45,854 nucleotides of DNA, from IMG/VR virus record IMGVR_UViG_3300045988_140252; one strand, 5' to 3'. Origin of the DNA: a virus. Positions within the stretch are counted from its first letter, which is position 1. Every line of letters starts with the position of its first letter. The notes beneath the pieces were generated by a model. The model made no database searches, was not told the origin of the DNA, and saw only the letters and a program-made list of their open reading frames with translations. The position numbers and the translations under genes were made by a program. This document shows positions 1-8,024 of the stretch, in pieces.

Positions 1-25
1 TGCACGGGAGGAGAGGCTCGAACTC
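1..25 (-). repeat. att core copy (left); displaced tRNA 3'-end-like 25-mer
   Basis: TGCACGGGAGGAGAGGCTCGAACTC is identical to 45830-45854. Its reverse complement GAGTTCGAGCCTCTCCTCCCGTGCA reads as T-loop TTCGAGC, T-stem CTCTC, acceptor arm and discriminator. The sequence at coordinates >25, where the tRNA body would lie on the minus strand, is not tRNA-like, so this is the partial copy. Confidence 0.7.
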
Positions 26-105
26 TAATGACATTTTTTGCTTCCTCCTTTATTGAATGTCAAATAACTATGTTTCTGGTTAAGCATTATTATTATAAGT
101 TGACT

Positions 106-122
106 TGTCCGAAATATGTCCG
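106..122 (+). promoter_or_regulatory. Paired TGTCCG sites (11-bp spacing), candidate integrase arm-type sites in the left arm
   Basis: TGTCCG occurs at 106-111 and 117-122. The same motif, orientation and spacing occur at 45762-45778 in the right arm. ACTTGTCCGA is shared by 103-112 and 45770-45779. Confidence 0.4.
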
Positions 123-224
123 CAGACATGTAATATTTATCTATTTTTTATTGTTGAATATTATTATTTCTAAATCATAGGTAAACATTTTAGTATATTG
201 CGGCATCGATATATAGTTGAATAA

Positions 225-527
225 CTATTTTTTGTTTAATAAAACTTGTATTAGCCGTTCTTTCTCTTCGAGAAGTTTCTTTAAATAAGCAATTTCTTCT
301 TCTTTATTAAGATTAGTGCCCGTATTATTTTCCGAAGGATTATCAAAGAAAATACCGGGAGAAACATTAAATACCTCTGCTATGGCTTCAAGAGTTTTAG
401 TATTAGTTGACCCTGCTCTTATCATAGACTGAATAGTACTTTCATCCTTACCGATTCGGGAAGCTAATTCCCTAATTTTGATTTTGTTTATTTCGCATAA
501 ATCTCTTATAAGTAATAAATTAGCCAT
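225..527 (-). CDS. XRE/CI-like helix-turn-helix transcriptional repressor
   Basis: 100-aa ORF with an N-terminal HTH (IRELASRIGKDESTIQSMIRAGSTNTKTLEAIAEVFNV) and a C-terminal helical tail. It is divergent from the rightward early operon. Confidence 0.75.
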   Translation of the reverse strand: MANLLLIRDLCEINKIKIRELASRIGKDESTIQSMIRAGSTNTKTLEAIAEVFNVSPGIFFDNPSENNTGTNLNKEEEIAYLKKLLEEKERLIQVLLNKK

Positions 528-533
528 AATTTG

Positions 534-611
534 ATATAGTATTTACAATAATTAACAGGAATTATATAGCACATTATGCTAAATAAATCTATATTTGTGG
601 TATAAATATAG
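534..611. promoter_or_regulatory. Genetic-switch region: repeated ATATAG half-sites, an inverted repeat and a -7 box
   Basis: ATATAG occurs at 534-539, 564-569 and 606-611, and CTATAT at 589-594. An 8-bp inverted repeat pairs CTATATTT (589-596) with AAATATAG (604-611). TATATTTG (590-597) fits the Bacteroides -7 consensus TAnnTTTG upstream of the ATG at 640. Confidence 0.5.
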
Positions 612-639
612 AAATAAATAATAGATTTAATGTGATGCT

Positions 640-888
640 ATGGCAAAAAAAACTTTAAAAAGAAATCAAGACGGTGAGAAACTAAGAATGTATCTTTTGA
701 CTTTACCACTGAAAGATTCTTCTAAAATGGTGGTAAAATTGGCGGAAGCATGTAAGGTTCCACTACATACCGTTCATAATTGGCGGGGTGGATTGTGTCG
801 TATTCCTGAACTTGCAAAGGATAAGATCGAGGAAGTAACAGGTGTAAAAATCTTCCATAGTGAAAATCTTCCTCCAAAAAGTGAATAA
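640..888 (+). CDS. Cro-like small DNA-binding protein; first gene of the rightward early operon
   Basis: 82 aa with an HTH-like segment (VVKLAEACKVPLHTVHNWRGG). It is divergent from the repressor across a 112-bp switch region. Confidence 0.5.
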   Translation: MAKKTLKRNQDGEKLRMYLLTLPLKDSSKMVVKLAEACKVPLHTVHNWRGGLCRIPELAKDKIEEVTGVKIFHSENLPPKSE

Positions 889-894
889 ATACCC

Positions 895-914
895 GGGGCG
901 GCTTTTGCCGCTCC
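895..914 (+). terminator. Hairpin after the cro-like gene (weak terminator candidate)
   Basis: GGGGCGGC-TTTT-GCCGCTCC forms an 8-bp stem with one G-U pair. There is no clear U-tract after it. Confidence 0.3.
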
Positions 915-1010
915 ATATAATAAACGCCAGAGTGTGGAGATAACCCCGAAGGGCGAAAGCGGGTGTTATTGGTAGTTCGATGCTATCCTCCGGCACAGCT
1001 ATAAACAACA

Positions 1011-1289
1011 ATGAGCAAAATTTACATAGTAACTAAAAGGGAATCCGGAATATACGAAGAAGACGGCGTTTGGTTTTCTATCCTTGCCGCATTTGATACG
1101 AGAAATAAAGCAGAAGAATATTTAAAGAAATATGTAAAAACGGCTCCTAAAGAAGCTTACTACACTTTCTATCGAATAGAATCTGTTCCGTTGTTTCTTT
1201 CTTCTCATAAAGTGAAAATAAACAGACCGAAACATACGACCTATCCTATTGGTGAATTGGTAAAATTAAAAATAAGTGGTGAAAAATAA
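1011..1289 (+). CDS. Hypothetical early protein
   Basis: 92-aa ORF in the co-directional early operon. No motif recognised. Confidence 0.6.
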   Translation: MSKIYIVTKRESGIYEEDGVWFSILAAFDTRNKAEEYLKKYVKTAPKEAYYTFYRIESVPLFLSSHKVKINRPKHTTYPIGELVKLKISGEK

Positions 1290-1307
1290 TTCAAATCAAG
1301 AACAGAA

Positions 1308-1565
1308 ATGAGCAAAAAAATCTCCATAAAAGTAACTGAAGCACAACCGCTTCCTTGCCCTTATTGCAATGGTTTTTACGGTTATCAGTATAGTGATCTG
1401 TTTAGAATGAGTTACACGAGTGTGCATAATTCTGACGGCACATATTCCGGTGGGGAATATTCCGATGGAGTTTCCTTAAACAAGAGTAAAACAGCTTATT
1501 GTGTGAATTGTGGTACCAAACTACCTTTTACCCTAATACGTGAAGGTGAGGAACAAGTCGAATAA
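1308..1565 (+). CDS. Small zinc-ribbon protein
   Basis: 85 aa with two CxxC pairs (CPYC ... CVNC). Confidence 0.6.
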   Translation: MSKKISIKVTEAQPLPCPYCNGFYGYQYSDLFRMSYTSVHNSDGTYSGGEYSDGVSLNKSKTAYCVNCGTKLPFTLIREGEEQVE

Positions 1566-1582
1566 TTAAAAATAAATAAGAA

Positions 1583-1849
1583 ATGAAATCAACAATTACC
1601 ACCCCTGATGAATTAACCACGCTACGAATAGAAGGCAGTAGTGGAACCTATAAAATATTCAGTAGCTTCCGCCCCATGGAATCCCCTGCGTTCGTGGATG
1701 CGGTAGACAGGAAGTATAATCTGGCGGAGATTAAGAATCTTTCCGGCGGAAAAGGTTATTTCCTGGTACACTTGAACAGAGAGCAGCAGGAAACCATACA
1801 GGAGGATTTAAACGCTATCCTTTGCGATAGTGTGCCATGTCTTCTATAA
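1583..1849 (+). CDS. Hypothetical early protein
   Basis: 88-aa ORF, co-directional. Confidence 0.55.
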   Translation: MKSTITTPDELTTLRIEGSSGTYKIFSSFRPMESPAFVDAVDRKYNLAEIKNLSGGKGYFLVHLNREQQETIQEDLNAILCDSVPCLL

Positions 1850-1874
1850 ACTAAGACGATCTTAACGAAATGCC

Positions 1875-2051
1875 ATGAAAGAAGACAGACGCCTAAGAAA
1901 CCTACGTTATCAGATGCGGAAGAAAGGTTATCAGTTCGATACAAAGAACCTGGTGGCCATTATGCCTTCACATGACAAACGTTCCCTTCTCCAGGAAAGG
2001 AGATTAAGCAAATTCGGTTTTTCAATTCAATATAACATGTTTGAACAATGA
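1875..2051 (+). CDS. Small basic protein (58 aa), below the ORF-track cutoff
   Basis: Hand translation: MKEDRRLRNLRYQMRKKGYQFDTKNLVAIMPSHDKRSLLQERRLSKFGFSIQYNMFEQ. Its stop overlaps the next start in an ATGA overlap at 2048-2051. It fills an otherwise empty 198-bp gap. Confidence 0.5.
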   Translation: MKEDRRLRNLRYQMRKKGYQFDTKNLVAIMPSHDKRSLLQERRLSKFGFSIQYNMFEQ

Positions 2052-2230
2052 AAGATAAAAATTTAAAATACATCGCCCACGCTATTATCGTGGTTGCCTT
2101 TATGGGACTGATTGCCTTTGTCATTTATTATACGGGTAAAACCGCTTTTCTTTGGCTGTTATTATTCGTTTTCCTGTATCAACCTTGGGGAGACTTGAAA
2201 ACAAAACAGGAGAAAAACAACGAAGAATAA
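2048..2230 (+). CDS. Small membrane protein (two hydrophobic segments)
   Basis: 60 aa with hydrophobic stretches IAHAIIVVAFMGLIAFVIYY and AFLWLLLFVFLY. Confidence 0.55.
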   Translation: MKDKNLKYIAHAIIVVAFMGLIAFVIYYTGKTAFLWLLLFVFLYQPWGDLKTKQEKNNEE

Positions 2231-2252
2231 GTAACTATGTAACTTTATAACG

Positions 2253-5156
2253 ATGATAAAGGCAGAAGACATCTACAAAGTAACCAACAACGGGCTGGAT
2301 ATAATTCTACATTATTATCCGCAAGCCCGGGATTGTGTCGGAACCAACCGCCATTTCAAACGCCGGCCGTCAGAAGACGATGCGTCGGCCTGTATCAAAT
2401 TGTTCGGTAAGGAAGGTTCCCAGCAGGTTTATAAGGTAACGGATTTCGGCGATACCGGAACGGCTCAAAGCCCTGTCGATATCTGCATGTATGAGGAAGG
2501 CCTCCGGTTTAACGAGGCTATCCTTAAACTTGCATCCATGTACAACGTAACCGATGAACTCAACCGTAACGTAAACAAACCGGATATCCGTAAGGTTCCG
2601 GCCTCCCAAGATCAGAAAGACGGTACTAAAATTTTCGAGCTTGCCGATCATCTCACCCCGGATCAGTTACGCATACTCGGCCCCCGTGTCACCCAAGAGA
2701 ACGCCGAGGCCCTGCACTGGTATTCAGCCAAATATATAGGGTATGTAAAAAATCGCGAGGTAACCTATAAATACGCGACTGCGACATACCCTATCTTTAT
2801 GCGCGAATGTCTGGTAAAACCGGCCGAAGGCGACACGCCCGAAGTGAAGTTCTATAAAATATACGAGCCCCTGAATCCGGACAAGCAGTGGCGTTTTTCC
2901 TACACCCCGGAAGGTGTCAAGCCGAAGGATTATATAAACGGTCTTTCCGAACTGAAAGCCTTATACCGGGAGTTTAATTCCAGGGAAGAAGCCGCCTTTA
3001 AAAAGAATCCGGCCAATGCGGAAAAGCCCTATAAGGAACAGAAGCTGCAGGAGGCGTTTATATGTTCCGGAGAGCGCGACGCCCTGTGCGTTAAATCGCT
3101 GGGCTTTTCCCCGATCTGGTTTAATTCGGAAACATATAAACTTTCCGAACAGGACTACAAGGAGATCATGAAATACGTTGAAGTCCTGTATAACATACCC
3201 GATATCGACACGACGGGCAGGGTGAAGGGTACGGAACTTGCACTGCGTTTTATCGATATCCACACGATCTGGCTACCGGCCTGGCTTACCACTTACCGGG
3301 ACCAGCGGGGCAAACCGCGTAAGGACTTCCGGGACTTCATGGAATTACGAAGCAAGAACGAAGATTTCCGTAACCTTATGACGCTTGCCATGCCGGCCAA
3401 ATTCTGGTATTCCAAGTTTAACGAGAAATCCCGGCAATGGGATCACAATATAGACGCGGACTGCCTTCACTACTTTTTACGTCTTAACGGTTTCTATTCG
3501 CTTCATGATGAAAATTCCAGTTCAACGAAATACATCCGTATTACCGGCAATATCGTAAAACTGATAAAGGCAAAGGATATCCGGAAGTTTATCCGCGGTT
3601 GGGCCCAGGATAGTTTTTTATCCCGCGATATAAGAAACCTTATTCTGAACAGCCCCAAACTGTCAGATACTGCCCTGGACAATTTGCAAGAAATAGAACT
3701 GGACTTTACCAATTATACCCATAATACGCAAATGTTTTTCTTTCCCGGTTGCAGCATGGAGGTAAGCGGTACCGGTATAAAGGAACATCCGGCCAACGGC
3801 AGCACATTGTCCCACTACGTTTGGGAAGAAAACGTACTGAAACACAAAGTTCGTCTTATGGAAGACATGTTTACCATTTCCCGTAAAAAAGACATAGAGG
3901 GCAACGATGTGTTTGATATCCGGATAAATGCCGTACCGTCTAACTTTTTCGGCTATGTAATCAATTCGAGCCGCGTTTACTGGCGTAAGGAACTAGAATA
4001 CAATTTCGACGACAAGAGCGTGGGGGAAGCGGAAGCCTACCGGGAAAAACATAAATTCGATATCGAGGGGGAAGGACTTACGGCGGAAGAAGTCGCCGAA
4101 CAGAAAAGAAATCTTATCAATAAGATATTTACTATCGGTTATATGCTGCATCGTTATAAATCCCCTTCGCGTGCCTGGGCACCACAGGCCATGGATAACA
4201 AGATCGGTGAAGACGGTGAATGTAACGGACGTTCGGGTAAATCATTCATGTTCAAAGCCCTTTCCTACTTTATGAAGACCGTCAAGCTTTCCGGCCGTAA
4301 TCCCAAGTTAATGGATAACCCGCATGTGTTCGACCAGGTAAACCAGCATACTGACTTTATCCTGGTGGATGATTGCGACCGATATCTTAATACGGGCCTG
4401 TTTTACGATATCATCACGTCAGATATGACCGTGAACCCGAAAAATAACCAGTCATTTACTATACCTTTCGAGGAATCGGCCAAGCTGGGATTTACAACTA
4501 ATTACGTACCTATTGATTTTGATCCGTCTACGGAAGCCCGTTTGCTGTATCTGGTATTCTCCGACTACTACCACCAACGTACGGAAGATAACGACTACCG
4601 GGAAACGCGTTCTATCCGGGACGATTTCGGTAAGGATTTGTTTTCCAAGACGTATTCCGAGAACGAGTGGAACGCCGATATAAATTTCTTCTTGCAGTGC
4701 TGCCGTTTTTACCTTTCCCTTTGCGAGGAATCTATAAAATTGCTTCCGCCCATGGAAAACATTATCAGGCGTAAATACAAGGCTGATATGGGCAATAATT
4801 TTGAGGATTGGGCGAACTCTTATTTCTCTCCGGACAGCGAACACCTGGATAGCTTTATCGTCCGTGAAAAGGCTTTTGCTGATTACAAAAGCTTTTCCGG
4901 TGTGAATAAAATCACGATGCAGCGTTTTACAAAGGCCCTCAAAGGCTTTGTGGCTCTTTGCCCTTACATTGACGAACTCAACCCGAAGGACCTTTGTAAC
5001 TCCCAGGGGCGTATTGTACGTAAGGATAACGACGGAAAGGCCGCCGATATGATCTATCTACGTTCATACGGTACGGCGGAAACGGCTGCCGGTGGTGGAA
5101 CGGAACCGGCCGATCCGACACTCATGTTTGTACCTGATGAACGACCGGGGGAATGA
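2253..5156 (+). CDS. DNA primase (Toprim-like) fused to a P-loop (D5/SF3-like) helicase
   Basis: 967 aa. Toprim-like motifs: ICSGERDALCV and a DID triad (PDIDTTG). Walker A: NGRSGKSF. Walker B: FILVDDCD. Confidence 0.75.
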   Translation: MIKAEDIYKVTNNGLDIILHYYPQARDCVGTNRHFKRRPSEDDASACIKLFGKEGSQQVYKVTDFGDTGTAQSPVDICMYEEGLRFNEAILKLASMYNVTDELNRNVNKPDIRKVPASQDQKDGTKIFELADHLTPDQLRILGPRVTQENAEALHWYSAKYIGYVKNREVTYKYATATYPIFMRECLVKPAEGDTPEVKFYKIYEPLNPDKQWRFSYTPEGVKPKDYINGLSELKALYREFNSREEAAFKKNPANAEKPYKEQKLQEAFICSGERDALCVKSLGFSPIWFNSETYKLSEQDYKEIMKYVEVLYNIPDIDTTGRVKGTELALRFIDIHTIWLPAWLTTYRDQRGKPRKDFRDFMELRSKNEDFRNLMTLAMPAKFWYSKFNEKSRQWDHNIDADCLHYFLRLNGFYSLHDENSSSTKYIRITGNIVKLIKAKDIRKFIRGWAQDSFLSRDIRNLILNSPKLSDTALDNLQEIELDFTNYTHNTQMFFFPGCSMEVSGTGIKEHPANGSTLSHYVWEENVLKHKVRLMEDMFTISRKKDIEGNDVFDIRINAVPSNFFGYVINSSRVYWRKELEYNFDDKSVGEAEAYREKHKFDIEGEGLTAEEVAEQKRNLINKIFTIGYMLHRYKSPSRAWAPQAMDNKIGEDGECNGRSGKSFMFKALSYFMKTVKLSGRNPKLMDNPHVFDQVNQHTDFILVDDCDRYLNTGLFYDIITSDMTVNPKNNQSFTIPFEESAKLGFTTNYVPIDFDPSTEARLLYLVFSDYYHQRTEDNDYRETRSIRDDFGKDLFSKTYSENEWNADINFFLQCCRFYLSLCEESIKLLPPMENIIRRKYKADMGNNFEDWANSYFSPDSEHLDSFIVREKAFADYKSFSGVNKITMQRFTKALKGFVALCPYIDELNPKDLCNSQGRIVRKDNDGKAADMIYLRSYGTAETAAGGGTEPADPTLMFVPDERPGE

Positions 5157-5467
5157 ATAATGCACATTTGATATTAAACAACATGTCCGAGTTTACCGCG
5201 CTCTGGAACAGCGGCGAGAGGTTCCGGAAATTCGCCGGACAGGTATACCGCTATTTGGAGCGTATGAAACCCGGTACTGTCCTGATGCTGGAACGCTATT
5301 CGGGCGAGCAACTCGAATGGATCATCAAAACGGCCTGTGTTTTTATCCTGGAAGGCGACAACTCCCTGGAGTATGAATTTAATGAGGACTATACGGCCGT
5401 CGTGCACCGCTATGTACCCCCGGACGTAAAGAAATGGATTTTAAGCAGGTGCAAACATCGCGTATAA
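5153..5467 (+). CDS. Hypothetical protein, translationally coupled to the primase-helicase
   Basis: 104 aa. Its start overlaps the upstream stop in an ATGA overlap. Confidence 0.6.
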   Translation: MNNAHLILNNMSEFTALWNSGERFRKFAGQVYRYLERMKPGTVLMLERYSGEQLEWIIKTACVFILEGDNSLEYEFNEDYTAVVHRYVPPDVKKWILSRCKHRV

Positions 5468-5491
5468 GACGGATCGGAGCCGGTATAAAAT

Positions 5492-5536
5492 ACGAAAAGA
5501 GGGATCAGATACGAAAGTGTCGGTCCCTCTTTTCGT
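5492..5536 (+). terminator. Long hairpin ending the early/replication operon
   Basis: ACGAAAAGAGGGATC (5492-5506) pairs with GGTCCCTCTTTTCGT (5522-5536). The stem is 15 bp with one G-U pair. Confidence 0.55.
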
Positions 5537-5603
5537 ATGGAAACAGATGCGTCCTGCCTGGCTTCCCTCCCCATACCCCACCTCTATTTCATACAAAATT
5601 TTA

Positions 5604-5854
5604 GTAACCTTGTAACCTTTGTTTGCTTGAAAGAAAAAAGTCTGAAAATCAAATAAATAAATAGGAAATAAAGGTTACGAAGTTGCAGTTACAAAACGGT
5701 TACGAATTTTTCCGGTTTGTAACACCGGCCTTTTTATCTTCTACCGGTAAGCCCGGTTACAAACTGTTTTCCTGCCATTTTTTTGTAACGGAAATTAGTA
5801 ACGTTGCTAAGTTGCTAAGATACAGGATTTTATCTTTATCGGTTGCCCGGTTAC
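5604..5854. repeat. Iteron-like field of GTTAC/GTAAC pentamers (candidate replication origin or regulator array)
   Basis: Ten copies counted by eye, starting near 5604, 5612, 5674, 5688, 5699, 5719, 5756, 5785, 5798 and 5850. Three copies extend to GGTTACGAA. The field is non-coding and lies just downstream of the primase-helicase. Confidence 0.5.
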
Positions 5855-6061
5855 GAAATTACAGAAATTTAGTACCGGATTATATCAGCACAGCCTGGCG
5901 GAGAAAATACCGGCCGTGTGGCAGCAGGAAAAAGTGCATTATAATTATTCTCCCGGAGTATATTTATCAAAATGGCGGTCGAAAGCCTACATTTTCCCGT
6001 AAATGGCAGAACAACAGCCGATAAAGGAATATCTTTGCCTTTAAAAAGGAATATTATTGCT

Positions 6062-6550
6062 ATGATTACCACCCGAATACAAATCGAATCCTACCTGGCC
6101 GAGTATGTCCGGGGCAAATATTACGACGAAACGATCGGTACCGTCCGTTTTCCTTCTTCGTCCGATATCTATGTGACTATTTACGATCTCATGGAGAAAC
6201 GGCCGGTTAATTGTCCGGCTGACCGCGGCAACCTGGAGTTTATGCTGCCTGACCGCCGGGAGGCCAATTTTGCCGGCGGCAAGTCTCCGGAACAGTTCAA
6301 TTATATTTCCGTACGTGGTACCGCTATTCTTGAAAAGCGTTTGCGTGCCCTGATGTGGGCCGAGCTTCACGAACTCATGGACGAAAACAAGCATCTGCAC
6401 GGTATCGAATTTAAGGAAACCGTTTTTACCTTCCTGAAAAAGTATAATATCTCTTCCATTCAGGAAGACGGGTTGCTGAAAAACTACCAGCGGTGGCGGG
6501 ACAGTTTCAGGCGTAAGAAGAAAAGGGCCTATAATCGAAAAAAAGTGTAA
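6062..6550 (+). CDS. Hypothetical protein with a highly basic C-terminus (start trimmed to the internal ATG)
   Basis: The track ORF 5972-6550 begins inside the repeat field. The Met at 6062 (MITTRIQIESY...) is the more plausible start. The C-terminus reads RWRDSFRRKKKRAYNRKKV. Confidence 0.55.
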   Translation: MITTRIQIESYLAEYVRGKYYDETIGTVRFPSSSDIYVTIYDLMEKRPVNCPADRGNLEFMLPDRREANFAGGKSPEQFNYISVRGTAILEKRLRALMWAELHELMDENKHLHGIEFKETVFTFLKKYNISSIQEDGLLKNYQRWRDSFRRKKKRAYNRKKV

Positions 6551-6670
6551 AAAAGCAAGTTATTTTTTACCTACCAACTGTATCTGTTTGTCCTTTTTTG
6601 TCCGGTTTTTGGCTGAAAAACGTCCGAAAAATGCTGAATATTTGATTATCAATACTTTATATCTGTAATT

Positions 6671-7072
6671 ATGTCAAGAAAGTTAATATCCGCCGCCCAT
6701 AGTCTGCAACTGGTTCCCGTTTACAACATTATTCATTTTGGCATCGTGCATTCGAAAGTCGTTATCCGCTCTATCGGAAAACCTGATATTCTTATGATCG
6801 TACCGGGAACCTTAAAACCGGGTGACAGCAAAAATGAAGACGTCTATACTAAAAAACATACCTTCAAGCTTGCCGACGTGTCGCAAAATAAGACGCTTTA
6901 CCTGGAAAACCTGAAAGTGACGCCCTTTGTCGCCCTCTATACTGACGAAACGGGTAACACCCGTGTTTCCGGTTCTCCTGATTACCCGCTTACCTTTTCT
7001 TTTGAGATTGGTGGGGGCCTGTATAACTGCACCCTGTCCGGTACGGGTCCGGGCGTTGATGCGTTCCTGTAG
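6671..7072 (+). CDS. Hypothetical protein, first gene of the head module
   Basis: 133-aa ORF immediately upstream of the prohead protease. No motif recognised. Confidence 0.5.
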   Translation: MSRKLISAAHSLQLVPVYNIIHFGIVHSKVVIRSIGKPDILMIVPGTLKPGDSKNEDVYTKKHTFKLADVSQNKTLYLENLKVTPFVALYTDETGNTRVSGSPDYPLTFSFEIGGGLYNCTLSGTGPGVDAFL

Positions 7073-7133
7073 GTTCCTTTCAGTCCTTCTCTACCTATGA
7101 TATAGGCGTTTTCTTTGTCGTAAAAAAGAGAAC

Positions 7134-8000
7134 GTGGACAAAATACAGGAGATTTTTACAGCACCTTGGGCAATCGCTGATAATGATTATTACCGGTTGC
7201 TTTCTTTACTTGTGCCGTGTGTTGCAGCCGGCAACCTGGATGCGATCGAAAAACGGCTCGACAATAATAAAATAACCGCCTACGCTACTACGCCTTACCT
7301 TGCCAACCGGTGGGAACTGGACGATGACACCCTGCCGGCTGACAGTGTGGCCGTCATTATCCTGGAAGGTACTTTGTATTCCTGGGAGACTTACCGCCTG
7401 GAAAAGCAGCTCCGGGATGTTTTCGATAATCCTAAGATTTGCGGCGCGGTCCTGTGGATCAATGGTCCGGGCGGCATGGTTGCGCATGTGGACCTGGCGG
7501 CTAAAATGATCGCCGAATCTTCCAAACCTATAGCTACCTACGTGGCCGGTACCATGGGAAGTGCCCATTTTTGGCTGGGAACCGCCGCCGGCAGAACCTT
7601 TATCGCTTCCCCTATGTGTGAAGTCGGTTCCGTCGGTATTATGCTTACTTACCAATCCTTTAAGAACTATTTCAAGAAACAGGGCATTGATTACCGGGAA
7701 ATCTATCCGGATAGTGCCGATCTGAAAAACTATGAAACCCGCGCGATTGAAGATGACAACAACGAAGAGCCTATAAAGCAACGTCTGGCCGTCATGCACC
7801 GCATTTTCTGCGATGCGATCAGTCGGAATCTGGGTATTGCCTACGATCCGGAACTTCCCCTTTTCCGGGGACAGATATTCACCGGCGACGTAGCCGTGGC
7901 AAACGGCTATATCGATCAGTTCGGTACGTTGGAAGACGCGGTAAAATGGGTACTGGCACAGGCTACCGTCAGAAAAGTAAACGAGATGTATAACATATAG
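7134..8000 (+). CDS. S49 (SppA/ClpP-fold) family serine peptidase; prohead maturation protease
   Basis: 288 aa with a GTG start. S49-like core: AVLWINGPGGMV ... GTMGSAHFWLGTAAGRTFIASPMCEVGSVGI. It lies immediately upstream of the capsid gene, as in lambda-C-type arrangements. Confidence 0.75.
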   Translation: MDKIQEIFTAPWAIADNDYYRLLSLLVPCVAAGNLDAIEKRLDNNKITAYATTPYLANRWELDDDTLPADSVAVIILEGTLYSWETYRLEKQLRDVFDNPKICGAVLWINGPGGMVAHVDLAAKMIAESSKPIATYVAGTMGSAHFWLGTAAGRTFIASPMCEVGSVGIMLTYQSFKNYFKKQGIDYREIYPDSADLKNYETRAIEDDNNEEPIKQRLAVMHRIFCDAISRNLGIAYDPELPLFRGQIFTGDVAVANGYIDQFGTLEDAVKWVLAQATVRKVNEMYNI

Positions 8001-8024
8001 TATTAACTTTAAAATTTTGTATAT

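Noticed and set aside
1-25. The terminal 25-bp identity as an assembler overlap of a circular phage contig rather than att sites.
   Set aside because: The repeat has tRNA 3'-end architecture. The integrase sits next to one copy, with arm-like repeats on both sides. The two copies have different inner flanks. This fits attL/attR better. The overlap explanation cannot be fully excluded from this window alone.
938-969. A bulged hairpin (ATAACCCCG ... CGGGTGTTAT with a GAAA-containing loop) upstream of the gene at 1011, as a possible small structured RNA or riboregulator.
   Set aside because: It is a single short stem with no second element or recognisable family. It cannot be distinguished from an incidental hairpin or attenuator without comparative data.
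5604-5854. A possible CRISPR array or tandem repeat.
   Set aside because: The repeat units are only 5-9 nt, in mixed orientation and irregularly spaced. There is no repeat-spacer periodicity anywhere in the window.
5683-6024. 113-aa ORF spanning the GTTAC repeat field.
   Set aside because: Its sequence is simply the translation of the repeat array and adjacent AT-rich DNA. It has no coupling to its neighbours and an odd composition. The region is better explained as non-coding iterons.
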